Source: a virus
Lineage: Duplodnaviria > Caudoviricetes
Strand: one strand, 5' to 3'
IMG/VR virus record: IMGVR_UViG_2511231028_000004
Span: 8,448-72,447 of that record
Length of the DNA stretch: 64,000 nucleotides
Part shown: one piece after another, positions 16,509 through 26,289 of the stretch
How positions within the stretch are numbered: position 1 is the first letter of the stretch
Layout of the letters: each line of letters starts with the position of its first letter
Position numbers and translations under genes: made by a program
The notes under the pieces: generated by a model
What the model was told of the DNA's origin: nothing
Seen by the model: the letters and a program-made list of their open reading frames with translations, nothing else
Database searches by the model: none

Positions 16509-18488
16509 ATGGATATCAAGGTCCCGCTGAAGATGCTCAAGTTCGGCCACGAGGACGGCGAGGGCATCAACGCCCGCGTCGCCGGCCGGGAAGACGGCAT
16601 CGCCGCGCTCGCCGCGAACATCTTCGCCAACCGGTCGGACGATAACCCCTCCGGCCTGATCGAGAACCTGATCGTCAAGGACGCAGGCGAGGGCTTCTAT
16701 TCGGTCGCCAACGGCAACCGCCGTCTCGCAGCGCTGCGCATGATCGAGGCCGAAGGCTCGGAGATGCCGGTCCCCTGCACCATGCACCAGGTCGACGAGA
16801 CCAAGGCCTTCGAATATTCGCTAACCACGGCGATCACCGCCGAGCAGCTCCACCCGGTCGACCAGTACGAGGCTTTCGCCCGCCTCGAGGAGCACGGCAA
16901 GACGCAGGAGGAGATCGCCCAGCAATACGGCATGGCGGGAAAGCAGGTCCGCCAGGCGCTGGCGCTGGGGCGGCTCAGCCCGAGGATCCGCGACGCCTGG
17001 CGCAAGGGCGATATCAAGGCGGAAGTTGCCCAGGCCTTCACGCTCGCGCTCGACCACGGCACGCAGGACAAGCTGTTTGCCCAGCTCGACAAGGCCCATG
17101 CCGTCACCGTGCACAACGTCAAGCGCGAGCTCGGCGCCTACGCCACGGACGAAGAGATCACGCAGCTGCTCGATGTCATTGGCGCCGAGGCGTACCAGTC
17201 TGCCGGCGGCATTGTCACCGTCGACCTCTTCGGTAAATCCCACATCATCAGCGACGAGGCGCTGCTGAAGCATCTGGCGCGGCAGCTGCTGATCTCGAAG
17301 TGCGAGGAGCTGACCTCGGCAGGCTGGGGCTGGGCGGAAATCCTGGCCGATCTGCCCTCCGGCGCGCGGCACTGGCCCATCTCGGAGGTCAAGACGAAGA
17401 TCTTCGAGGGCGACGAAGAGCAGCGGCTCGAACAGATCCGGGCCCGGTTGACCGCGATCGACGAAGAAGACGAGGCCAGCGATACTATCATCTCCGAAGA
17501 GACCGAGCAGGAGCAGGATCGCCTCGCGAGCGAGGCCGATACGATCGACCAGGCGGTCAAGCTCCGCAGCTACCCCGACAAGAAGCGCAAAACGCTCGGC
17601 TGCATCGTCACGATCGAGGACGGCCGGCTGATCGTGCTCGCCGGCATCAAGCGCCCTGAGGAAGCCAGGGCGCCGCAGTCCCGGAACGACGACGACATCG
17701 GCCCGGCAGGACCTGCCGCGACGTCCGCACCAGCTGCGAAAGCCGCTCCCGAAGAGCCGGAGATCTCCAATGCGCTGCTGCATCGTCTCTCGGTCCAGCT
17801 CACCCAGGCGGCCTCGACCGCATTGATCCAGGACACGCCCCTGGCGCTCGCGGTCCTGCTCGCCGGCTTCGACACCTACGGCGGCAAGGGCGTCAAGGTT
17901 TCCGTCAGCGGCCTCGGCATGGGCGGCGCGCCCGGCAAGCTGTTCGGGCAGCCCGACGACCTTCCGCGCACGCTGGCCCTCGCCAGCAAGCTCAAGCCCG
18001 CCGAGAAGCTGGACCTCCTGGTCCAGGTCGCCGCCGGCGCGCTCGACTTCCAGAACAAGAGCCTCGACGGCGGCGCCGACCAGCACGATTCCATCGTCTC
18101 GATCTGCAACGCGATCGAGCCCAAGGCCTTGAACGCGGCGCTGCGCGGCGCCTTCGACGCCAAGGACTATTTCGCCGGCGTCAACAAGGCGCTGTGCCTC
18201 AAGGCGATCGAGGAAGCCCTGGGCCCCGACCTTGCCCGCCAGCAGGCCAAGAATCCGAAAGCGGAGATCGCTGCGTTCGCATTCGAGAATGTCCCCACCA
18301 CCGGCTGGCTGCCGCTTCAGCTGCGGGCGAAGGGCTATGACGGGCCGCCGGTGAAGAAGCCGGCCGGCAAGCTGGCAGCGGCGCCGGCGAAGGCGAAGAA
18401 GTTCGCCAAGGCTGCGGCCAAGTCCGCGCCGAAGAAGCCCGCGAAGAAGCCCGCCAAAAAGCCGGCAAAGAAGCGAAAGGCCGCGTGA
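16509..18488 (+). CDS. ParB/Spo0J-family protein with a Lys/Ala/Pro-rich histone-like tail
   Basis: GLIENLIV...VANGNRRLAAL, LHPVDQYEAF, HTH VRQALALGRL; ends KKPAKKPAKKPAKKRKAA. Confidence 0.88.
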   Translation: MDIKVPLKMLKFGHEDGEGINARVAGREDGIAALAANIFANRSDDNPSGLIENLIVKDAGEGFYSVANGNRRLAALRMIEAEGSEMPVPCTMHQVDETKAFEYSLTTAITAEQLHPVDQYEAFARLEEHGKTQEEIAQQYGMAGKQVRQALALGRLSPRIRDAWRKGDIKAEVAQAFTLALDHGTQDKLFAQLDKAHAVTVHNVKRELGAYATDEEITQLLDVIGAEAYQSAGGIVTVDLFGKSHIISDEALLKHLARQLLISKCEELTSAGWGWAEILADLPSGARHWPISEVKTKIFEGDEEQRLEQIRARLTAIDEEDEASDTIISEETEQEQDRLASEADTIDQAVKLRSYPDKKRKTLGCIVTIEDGRLIVLAGIKRPEEARAPQSRNDDDIGPAGPAATSAPAAKAAPEEPEISNALLHRLSVQLTQAASTALIQDTPLALAVLLAGFDTYGGKGVKVSVSGLGMGGAPGKLFGQPDDLPRTLALASKLKPAEKLDLLVQVAAGALDFQNKSLDGGADQHDSIVSICNAIEPKALNAALRGAFDAKDYFAGVNKALCLKAIEEALGPDLARQQAKNPKAEIAAFAFENVPTTGWLPLQLRAKGYDGPPVKKPAGKLAAAPAKAKKFAKAAAKSAPKKPAKKPAKKPAKKRKAA

Positions 18489-18700
18489 TGACCTGCCGTC
18501 ACCTGCACAGATCGGCAGAGGCCTATCGCGTCGCGCCCGATGGTGCCGAGGCGCCGGCCATCGTGCTGCTGTGTGGCTGGGCCGAAAGCGCGCCGCCCCA
18601 GCTGGTCGACGTTCCCAGATGGATGCAGCGCGAAGCCCTCGGCGGCCATCTATGGCGCGAGGGCGATTGCGAGAAGTGCCCATGCTTCGAGGCTGCGTGA
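18485..18700 (+). CDS. Small Cys-rich hypothetical protein
   Basis: TCRH...CGW...CEKCPCF. Confidence 0.55.
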   Translation: MMTCRHLHRSAEAYRVAPDGAEAPAIVLLCGWAESAPPQLVDVPRWMQREALGGHLWREGDCEKCPCFEAA

Positions 18701-18978
18701 TGGACCAGCTGCACAGCGCTCATGAGGGCGTCGTGACCTTCGAGCCGCTGACGCTCGGCCGCGAGGCTGTGATGCTCGGCAAGGTGCGCGTTGGCGAGAT
18801 CCATGCGATCGAGGGCGATCGGCACCAGGCCTGCTTCCGCCTGCACCTGCCTGAGGCGTCGGCCTCGACCAGTTTCCGCCCGGCCAGCGACGTCGACGAA
18901 GCCAAGCGCCTCACCCTGGTCAAGATCAACGATTGGCTCAATGCGGCCGGCCTGGTGCCGGCGGGAGGGGTGACATGA
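18700..18978 (+). CDS. Hypothetical phage protein
   Basis: MDQLHSAHEG..., coupled start. Confidence 0.55.
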   Translation: MDQLHSAHEGVVTFEPLTLGREAVMLGKVRVGEIHAIEGDRHQACFRLHLPEASASTSFRPASDVDEAKRLTLVKINDWLNAAGLVPAGGVT

Positions 18979-19478
18979 GCGACGACCGAAAGTTTCATGA
19001 CCAGCAGAAATATGACCTCCTGCAAGCAGCTGAGGCTTTCCGCCGCGCGATGATCGAGAGCGGTGCAGTCAATCACGTTTCCCAAGACTCCTACATTGAG
19101 CAGCTCCGCGCCCTTGAGCGGGTGCTCAACCCGCTGAACTATCGAGCGCTGCCGCCTGAAGATCCCGATCACCGCGCGGAGTGCGATCGCTACATGAAGT
19201 CCGGCGGCATCCGCCGCGCCTTCGTCACCATCCTCGAACCCGGCAAGATTCCGGACGGTAAAGGGCCGTTCTTAACCGTCGAGCATCTCGATCGGTTCGT
19301 TAAATCGGCGATTGAACGTCATCCGGACCCCGCGACCCACATCATGATCCATCAGCTCACCTGGGATGGTGAACTTTGGACGGGGTGCGCGCGGGAGAGA
19401 GCGGCAATCGATGCCGCGCTAGATGGAGTTGACCCCGCGGCCATGGAAGCGGCCGGTGATGAGGAGGGCGAGCATTGA
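18975..19478 (+). CDS. Hypothetical phage protein
   Basis: MSDDRKFHDQ..., GGGAGG Shine-Dalgarno. Confidence 0.6.
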   Translation: MSDDRKFHDQQKYDLLQAAEAFRRAMIESGAVNHVSQDSYIEQLRALERVLNPLNYRALPPEDPDHRAECDRYMKSGGIRRAFVTILEPGKIPDGKGPFLTVEHLDRFVKSAIERHPDPATHIMIHQLTWDGELWTGCARERAAIDAALDGVDPAAMEAAGDEEGEH

Positions 19479-19789
19479 ATATCGTGTCCTCGCAGTCTTC
19501 GAATGTTCCAACAGCCAGCGAGCGGTTCAACCTTGCGCAGCTGAGCGAAGTGATGCTCCGCAGAGACCGGCCGGCGGTGGGCTTCTTCATATCGCAGGCA
19601 CTGTGGGATGCGATGGTGGCGCGCTGGAATCAGGAGAACTTCATCCGTAGTCTGGACCCTCCACCGACAACACTTCACGGCATCCGGATCATGGTTGATC
19701 CCGATCTGCCCGATCAAGAGTTTGACGTCGCTCTGACTGAGGAAGCTTGGTCGTCGCGGCTGGCCGAGATCAATCGGGGCGAATCCTGA
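19475..19789 (+). CDS. Hypothetical phage protein
   Basis: TTG start overlapping the upstream stop. Confidence 0.5.
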   Translation: MNIVSSQSSNVPTASERFNLAQLSEVMLRRDRPAVGFFISQALWDAMVARWNQENFIRSLDPPPTTLHGIRIMVDPDLPDQEFDVALTEEAWSSRLAEINRGES

Positions 19790-20256
19790 TGGTCGCCTAT
19801 TCCTACAAGGGCCGCTTCGTCGCCCCGATCCGCGTCGGTCTCGGCCTGCCGATCCAGGACGAGCACCGCGAACTCGGCGGCTACCAGCCCGGCCAGATCA
19901 TCAGGCCGAAGACGCAGACGATTCGGGCCATCGGCAAGCGGCGTCATGCCCGGCCGGGAGAAACCATTCAGCATTACCACGCCCAGCGCTCGCCGAAGTG
20001 TTTCAAGGTCGGCGAGGCAAAATGTATGGGCGCCAGCGCAATCCGGGTCTTTGTTCATAGCGAGCGGGTCGAGATCAGGCCGGACGGATCATCCAGTGAT
20101 CTGGTCTACAAGGGCGTCGCACTTGATGCATTCGCACGGATGGACGGCTTCGGCGATTGGGCCGACATGCGCGCCTTCTGGCTCGAGGAGCATGGTCACG
20201 AGCTCAAGCATCTCGGGCCGTTCATCGGCGTGCTGATTCAGTGGGGGCCGTTGTGA
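19789..20256 (+). CDS. ASCH/PUA-like domain protein
   Basis: KTQTIRAIGKRRHARPGETIQHY...FARMDGFGDWADMRAFW pattern. Confidence 0.6.
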   Translation: MVAYSYKGRFVAPIRVGLGLPIQDEHRELGGYQPGQIIRPKTQTIRAIGKRRHARPGETIQHYHAQRSPKCFKVGEAKCMGASAIRVFVHSERVEIRPDGSSSDLVYKGVALDAFARMDGFGDWADMRAFWLEEHGHELKHLGPFIGVLIQWGPL

Positions 20257-20573
20257 AACTGCCCGGAAAAACCTCAGTCGCCCGCATGCAGCGCACCGCC
20301 ATGCTCGAAGCCGAGCGCATCGAGATCGTCCAGGACCACTGGGTCAAGGAAGGCGCGATCACCGAGCCCGTGCCTTACATGGTGCAGCGCCGTGACGATC
20401 TCATGGGTGTGGTGCGCATGATCGATGCCATCAACAGCGATCCGGACCTGCTCGATCGGGTCAAGAAGCGCATGGCTGCGCTGGCATCGGCCGCGGACGC
20501 GGCAATGGCTGCACCGGCGACCACGGTAGGGGGTGAAGACGCCACTATCGATGACAGTGAGGTCGCCGACTGA
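20253..20573 (+). CDS. Hypothetical phage protein
   Basis: GTG start overlapping the upstream stop. Confidence 0.55.
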   Translation: MKLPGKTSVARMQRTAMLEAERIEIVQDHWVKEGAITEPVPYMVQRRDDLMGVVRMIDAINSDPDLLDRVKKRMAALASAADAAMAAPATTVGGEDATIDDSEVAD

Positions 20574-21820
20574 TGGCGCGCATCTCCGAGGACGAACTCG
20601 ACGACATCCGGGCGCGCAACCCGATCGCCGATATCGCGATGGGCTACACCAAGCTGCGTCGCGTCGGCGGCCGGCTGGTCGGCCCGTGTCCGATCTGCGG
20701 CGGTCGGGCGAGTTCGCAGCGTTTCGAAGTGATCGAAAAGGATGGCAACTGGGTATGTGCCGTGTGTCCAGATGGCGGCGACGTCATCAGGCTGGTCGAG
20801 AAGGTCGAGGGCTGCGACTTCCGCGCCGCGATCGAGAAGCTCGGCGGCCGCACGGCGATCGACGCGGCCCGCGCCAAGGAACTTTTCGAGGAACGCGAGC
20901 GCAAGCGCATGGCGCGGGAAAAGACGTCGGCCGACTATCGGGAGGCCGAGCGCAAGCGGCTGCACCGGACGTGGAAGCAGACGCTGCCGATTCATGACAC
21001 GATCGCGGCCCGCTACCTCGAGGGGCGAGGCCTGCAATTGCCGGAACGCTGTCCGGGCCTTCGCTTCGCGCCGGCGATACCCTACTGGCACGGCGAGACC
21101 GTCGACGAGCACGGCCGCAAAGCGGGCCCGCGCAAGATCCACGAAGGCCCGGCGATGGTCGGGGCCTTCATCCGGCCGGACGGCAAGTTCGGCGGGCTGC
21201 ATCTGACCTGGCTTCGCGAATTCCCTGCACACGTAGGTTCGGCCGCCACACTGCAGGGCGCATCTCCTCAGGGTTCCGGCCATGAGGAGCGACCATCCTT
21301 TACCAAAGCCGAGATCCTCGACCCCGACACCGGCGAGATCCTCAACGCCAAGAAAATGCGCGGCTCCAAGACCGGCGCGTACATCGCCATCGTGATGCAC
21401 GACGCGCCGAAGCGCCTGGTGATCGGCGAAGGCATCGAGACCGTGCTCTCGGTCTGGACCGCGATGCACCAGGCCGGACGTCCGGTAGACGGCATGGCCT
21501 TCTGGGCCGCCGGCGACCTCGGCAATCTCGCCGGCCGGGCGAACAGGACGATCAACCACCCGACCTTGAAGCGGCCGAACGGCCAGTCCCAGAAGGTGCC
21601 GGATCGATTCCCCGATCTCGACGATCCCGGCCTGTCGATTCCGGATTCCGTCGAGGAACTGATCCTGCTCGGCGATGGCGACAGCGAAGCCGTGCTGACC
21701 GAATACGCCATGGAACGCGCAGCGCGACGCTACGCACGGGTAGGGCGCGTGATCAGGATTGCGTTCGCGCCGGCGGGACTGGATTTCAACGATTTGCTCA
21801 AGGCTGAGGTGGCGGCTTGA
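20573..21820 (+). CDS. DNA primase (CHC2 zinc finger plus Toprim-like domain)
   Basis: GPCPICGG...WVCAVCPDGGDVI zinc finger; IGEGIET and LGDGD Toprim motifs. Confidence 0.88.
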   Translation: MARISEDELDDIRARNPIADIAMGYTKLRRVGGRLVGPCPICGGRASSQRFEVIEKDGNWVCAVCPDGGDVIRLVEKVEGCDFRAAIEKLGGRTAIDAARAKELFEERERKRMAREKTSADYREAERKRLHRTWKQTLPIHDTIAARYLEGRGLQLPERCPGLRFAPAIPYWHGETVDEHGRKAGPRKIHEGPAMVGAFIRPDGKFGGLHLTWLREFPAHVGSAATLQGASPQGSGHEERPSFTKAEILDPDTGEILNAKKMRGSKTGAYIAIVMHDAPKRLVIGEGIETVLSVWTAMHQAGRPVDGMAFWAAGDLGNLAGRANRTINHPTLKRPNGQSQKVPDRFPDLDDPGLSIPDSVEELILLGDGDSEAVLTEYAMERAARRYARVGRVIRIAFAPAGLDFNDLLKAEVAA

Positions 21821-22557
21821 CCAAGACATCCCGTTACGCCGGAATTGGTGGCCACCATTCCAACCGTCCGCAGACGGTCGAGTGGCTGACTCCGCCATCG
21901 ATCATCGCCGCGCTTGGCCCGTTCGATCTCGATCCCTGTGCGCCTGTCGACCAGCCGTATCCAACGGCCGCGCGCACCTTCACGCGACGGGAAAACGGTT
22001 TGTTGCAGCGCTGGGAAGGGCGCGTGCGGCTCAATCCGCCCTATACCAACGGTGAAATCGAGAAGTGGCTCGGTCGTATGGGCGAGCACGGCTGCGGCTC
22101 GGCGCTGATTTTCGCGCGCACCGAGACGGAGGCATTCTTTCGGCACGTCTGGGAGCGAGCATCCGCGCTGCTGTTCATGCGCGGGCGGATCAACTTCCAC
22201 CTGCCGGACGGACGTCGCGCGGACGGTAACGCCGGCGCGCCGACGGTGTTGTGCGCCTACGGCATGCATGACGCCGACGTGCTCGCCGCGTGTGAGATCG
22301 ATGGCCAATTCGTTCCGCTCCGCTTTCCGCGTTCTGTTCTGGTCGCTGTGCTCGCCGATGCGACCTGGATGGAGATCGTGCGCGAGGCAGTTGCCTCCGC
22401 CGGCGCTGACGGGCCCGTGCGCGTCGCGGATATCTGGGACGTGGTCCGCACGGACCCCAAAGCCGCAGGCAAGGAACACGCTCGCGCAAAGGTTCGACAG
22501 GTTTTGCAGCGCGGCGCCGGCATGAGCATCGGCCGCGATCAGTGGATTCCAGCATGA
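21817..22557 (+). CDS. Phage N6-adenine DNA methyltransferase (Dam-like)
   Basis: EWLTPP, FDLDPCA, VRLNPPY, ARTET motifs. Confidence 0.85.
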   Translation: MTKTSRYAGIGGHHSNRPQTVEWLTPPSIIAALGPFDLDPCAPVDQPYPTAARTFTRRENGLLQRWEGRVRLNPPYTNGEIEKWLGRMGEHGCGSALIFARTETEAFFRHVWERASALLFMRGRINFHLPDGRRADGNAGAPTVLCAYGMHDADVLAACEIDGQFVPLRFPRSVLVAVLADATWMEIVREAVASAGADGPVRVADIWDVVRTDPKAAGKEHARAKVRQVLQRGAGMSIGRDQWIPA

Positions 22558-23441
22558 TGAGTGGGATCACCCGTCCGCCCGTGCGCTGGCATGGCGCAAA
22601 GTTCCTGATGTCGCGCCAGATCCTGCCGCATCTGCCGTCGCACCGGCTCTATACCGAGGTCTATGGGGGGGGCGCCGGCGTGTTGCTCCATAAGCCCCGC
22701 TCGCATGCCGAGGTCTATAACGACCTCGACGAGGACATCGTCAACCTGTTCCGCGTGTTGCAGGACACGAGCGCCGCGGCGCGGCTGATCGAGCTGCTGC
22801 GCCTGACGCCGTTCGCGCGGGCGGAATTCGAGCTGGCCTATGAATGGTCGCCGGAGCCGGTCGAGCGCGCGCGCCGGCTAGTCATCCGCTCGTTCATGGG
22901 GTTCGGCAGCAATGCGCATTCCTCGACGCAGCGCGGCCATCAATCGACCGGCTTTCGCTCCAACTCCAACCGCAGCGGCACCACGCCCGCGCACGATTGG
23001 GCCAATTTGCCGGAGGCCTATCCGGCGATCGTCGCGCGCTTTCGGGGTGTCGTGATCGAGCATCGCGACGCGGTCGAGGTGCTCCAGCGCCACGACGGCG
23101 AGCGCGCGCTGCACTACGTCGATCCGCCCTACGTCCACGACACGCGCTCGATGTTCAAGGGCGGCAAGTCTGCCTACAAGCACGAAATGGACCTGGCGGC
23201 CCATAAATGCCTGCTCGGCGTGCTGCGCGGCCTCAAGGGCATGGTGGTGCTGTCCGGCTATGCACACCCGCTCTATGACGCCGCGCTCGACGACTGGCGC
23301 CGCATCGAATTCGAGGCCTATGCCGACGGAGCTCGGCCGCGCATTGAAGTCCTCTGGATCAATCCGTCAGCTGCCGCTGCGCTCGATCGCGAGCATGCCG
23401 GCATTGGCGTGACGCCGCTGTTTTGCGGAGGCGCCGCTTGA
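22554..23441 (+). CDS. D12-class adenine DNA methyltransferase (Dam family)
   Basis: RWHGAKF, YTEVYGGGAGV, VYNDLD, HYVDPPY, VLSGY. Confidence 0.9.
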   Translation: MMSGITRPPVRWHGAKFLMSRQILPHLPSHRLYTEVYGGGAGVLLHKPRSHAEVYNDLDEDIVNLFRVLQDTSAAARLIELLRLTPFARAEFELAYEWSPEPVERARRLVIRSFMGFGSNAHSSTQRGHQSTGFRSNSNRSGTTPAHDWANLPEAYPAIVARFRGVVIEHRDAVEVLQRHDGERALHYVDPPYVHDTRSMFKGGKSAYKHEMDLAAHKCLLGVLRGLKGMVVLSGYAHPLYDAALDDWRRIEFEAYADGARPRIEVLWINPSAAAALDREHAGIGVTPLFCGGAA

Positions 23442-25750
23442 CCATCGAAGCCGTTCTCGACCTGGTCGACAACGCTCCCGCGTTCGTCGACGTCGACCCT
23501 GCAACCCTCGCCCAGGCCGAGCGCAAGTTCGGCAACGAGCAGATGGCCGCAGGCCTGGCGCATTTGCGCGCCACCGAGGGCGACGATCGCCTGCCGGCGC
23601 TGTCAGATCTCGCCGAGCAGCTCGGAGCGCTTGCGGCCGCCGGCGCGATCGCCGAGGCGCTCGCCAAGGCCTCGCTCGAGGCGGCTGTGGTCGAGATCGG
23701 CCTGATCCGTGACCTCGGCGCCAAGGCCGTCAAGGCTGCGGTCGCCGCCGGCCTCAAGCTCGGCAGAAAGACTCCTGCGGATCTATCGGAGGTGCGACGC
23801 GCCGCTTCAGCGGCGCTTGGAGCACCTCACATCAATGGGCGCCCGCGAGAGGCGGGCGACGATGTGATCTCTTCCACGGCTCTGGCTGCCCCGCCTTCCT
23901 CGCCTTCCGGCGACGCAGACGATTCCGGTCAAACCCTCGCATCTCTTTTTGCGTCTTCCCCTTCGTCTTCCCCCCGCACCCCCTCAGGGGAAGAGAAGGA
24001 GGAAGCCGAAACCCTCGAAAACGAGGACGAGGGCGAAAGCCCGCCGGACGAAACGATCAGCGATGAGACGTTCCGGGAATGCGCTGACCTCGATCAGTCC
24101 GACGTCGACAACGGCAAGCGCCTGATCGCCTATTTCGGGCGCGACCTCATGGTGCGGCAGGAAGACGACGTCGCGGCGGGCCAGATGCTCGCCTGGACCG
24201 GCACGCATTGGGACCTTGCCGGCGGCGAAGCGCTGGCGCACCTGATCGGACAGCGCGTCGGCGACCTGATCAAGCTCGAAGCGGCCTATATTGAGTTCTC
24301 CAATTCGGAGGCGCGCGCGGTCAATGCGGCCGAAGCGGCGGCCAGGGAGCTGAAAGACATCGTTCCCGACGACACGCCTGAACAATTTGCGAGGGTTGAG
24401 GAGCTTCTCGCGCTTGTCGCGGCGGGGAAAAAGGCGCGGACAGCGCTCTCGACGCGGCGCGCCAACCGCAAGAAATGGGGTATCTCGACCAAGAATGCCG
24501 GCCGCATCGCCGCGATGATCAAATGCGCCGCGCCGCATCTGCGCCGGCATCCCGACGCGTTCAACGCGGATCCGCTGAAGGTCGCCACGCTGACGCACAC
24601 GCTCTCCTTAGTGCCGGTGATGGACCCGGAAAACCCTGATCCTGACGGCAAGCGGCCGCTCGTCGTTGATGGCCGCGTCCAGTACGAACTCGTCGCCAAG
24701 CGTGGCCACGACCGCGAGGATTTGCTGACCGCCGTCATCCCCTTCGCCTACATCAAGGGCGCAACGGCGCGCGAGTTCGCCAACTTCCTCGACCTGTTCC
24801 AGCCGGAGCCGGACAAGCGCCGCACGGTGCAGCAATATTCGGGCATGAGCCTGACGGCGCAGCCCGTGCAGCGCGTGATGTTCCATACCGGTACGGGCGG
24901 CAACGGCAAGAGCGTCTTCCTCGAGGTGCTGGCGCGCGTCTTTGGCGATGGGCTGTCGGTCGGCGTGCCGGCGGAAACCGTCTCTGGCGTCGTCGCCAAC
25001 AATCCCAGCGCACCGACGCCGGATATCGCGCGCTGCTATGCCAAACGCTACTTGAGAATCGCCGAGCTTCCGAAGGATGCTCCGCTCAAGATGGAAACGA
25101 TCAAGAAGCTCACCGGCGGCGAGCGCTGGCCGGTGCGCACGATGTACAAGGGTTATTTCGAGTTCAAGCCGACGGCCAAGCCCCACATGAGCGGCAACGG
25201 CGAGCCGAAATTCGACGGCTCCGACGGCGGCATGAAGCGGCGCCTGGCGATCGTGGAATGGTCCGTGACGCTGCCGCCGGAACGACACCGCGACTTCGAG
25301 GACGTCGTCTCCGAGATCGTCGCCGAAGGCTCCGGCATCCTCAACTGGCTCATCGCCGGCGCACTCGATTTCCTCAACAACGGCTTCATCCTTTCCGACG
25401 ACGTACTCCAGACCACGGCCGAGCACTTCGCCGAGATGGATCCCGTCGGCCAGTTTGCCGATGCTCATGTGAAGCCCGACGTTGGCGGACCAGGCGTGCC
25501 CGCTCGCGCGATGTTCCTGGCTTACAAGGCCTGGAGCGAAGCCAACGGCAAGGCACATATGCACGAAACGCGCTTCGGCCGCACGATGAAGAAGAAGTTC
25601 AAGCGCGACGACAGTGGCCGCATTCATCGGTACGTCGACGTTGCCTTGCACGACGTGCCGGAGGCGCCAAGCCAACCCGGCGCGCAGGCTTCACCGCCGA
25701 ATGACGGCTATGAGCCGCCCGACAAATATCCGGGCGACGAGGAAATCTGA
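23438..25750 (+). CDS. P4/D5-family SF3 helicase (phage/plasmid primase, P4 type)
   Basis: HTGTGGNGKSVF Walker A, IAELP, IKKLTGGE, GMKRRLAIVEW; TTG start. Confidence 0.92.
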   Translation: MTIEAVLDLVDNAPAFVDVDPATLAQAERKFGNEQMAAGLAHLRATEGDDRLPALSDLAEQLGALAAAGAIAEALAKASLEAAVVEIGLIRDLGAKAVKAAVAAGLKLGRKTPADLSEVRRAASAALGAPHINGRPREAGDDVISSTALAAPPSSPSGDADDSGQTLASLFASSPSSSPRTPSGEEKEEAETLENEDEGESPPDETISDETFRECADLDQSDVDNGKRLIAYFGRDLMVRQEDDVAAGQMLAWTGTHWDLAGGEALAHLIGQRVGDLIKLEAAYIEFSNSEARAVNAAEAAARELKDIVPDDTPEQFARVEELLALVAAGKKARTALSTRRANRKKWGISTKNAGRIAAMIKCAAPHLRRHPDAFNADPLKVATLTHTLSLVPVMDPENPDPDGKRPLVVDGRVQYELVAKRGHDREDLLTAVIPFAYIKGATAREFANFLDLFQPEPDKRRTVQQYSGMSLTAQPVQRVMFHTGTGGNGKSVFLEVLARVFGDGLSVGVPAETVSGVVANNPSAPTPDIARCYAKRYLRIAELPKDAPLKMETIKKLTGGERWPVRTMYKGYFEFKPTAKPHMSGNGEPKFDGSDGGMKRRLAIVEWSVTLPPERHRDFEDVVSEIVAEGSGILNWLIAGALDFLNNGFILSDDVLQTTAEHFAEMDPVGQFADAHVKPDVGGPGVPARAMFLAYKAWSEANGKAHMHETRFGRTMKKKFKRDDSGRIHRYVDVALHDVPEAPSQPGAQASPPNDGYEPPDKYPGDEEI

Positions 25751-25784
25751 CCATAGAGGGACTCACCTGTTGCAGATAGGTCAC

Positions 25785-26102
25785 CGAGGGTCGTGGATTT
25801 TGCGAGGGTTCGGCGAGGGTTTGTCAAAAACCCTCGACGTTCGACATGTGCCTGTGCCGCAAGGGCTTTTGCAATCGTGTCGAGGGTTGCGAGGGTCTCG
25901 CGCGCGCATACACATGCGAGAAGGGAAGCGGACGCACAGGGCGCGGAGAGGCAACAGCAGGATGGAAAGGATAAGATGACTCAGGCGTTACACGGAAAAA
26001 CCCTCTCTACCCTCGCACCCCCTCTCTAACCATCGAAGATCATTTGTTATTCTGCGTTCTAGACCCTCTACCAAACCCTCTCTCAACCCTCGCAAACCCT
26101 CG
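25785..26102. repeat. Iteron-like ACCCTC(G/T) array, putative replication origin
   Basis: Five CGAGGGT (25785, 25803, 25814, 25881, 25890) and seven ACCCTC(G/T) (25830, 26000, 26009, 26063, 26075, 26086, 26096) next to an AT-rich tract, downstream of the helicase. Confidence 0.6.
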
Positions 26103-26289
26103 AAAGAATAAAAGTGAATTAGAATCTAGACGTTTTTGACTGTTCGGAGCTCTGGGCAAGCGTTCGAAGTGATGTCCGCGAAATTGGACCCACAGGGGAC
26201 AGTTTCGTGGACGAAAAACCCTTCCAGATCGGAAGGGTTTCTGACGGCCAGCAAATCGAGAGGGAAAATCGAGATGTTGGAGCTATCGA

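Noticed and set aside
16821-18683. 620-aa minus-strand ORF (and similar long antisense ORFs at 5540, 20375, 47692, 56129)
   Set aside because: Shadow frames of strong plus-strand genes in high-GC DNA; no motifs
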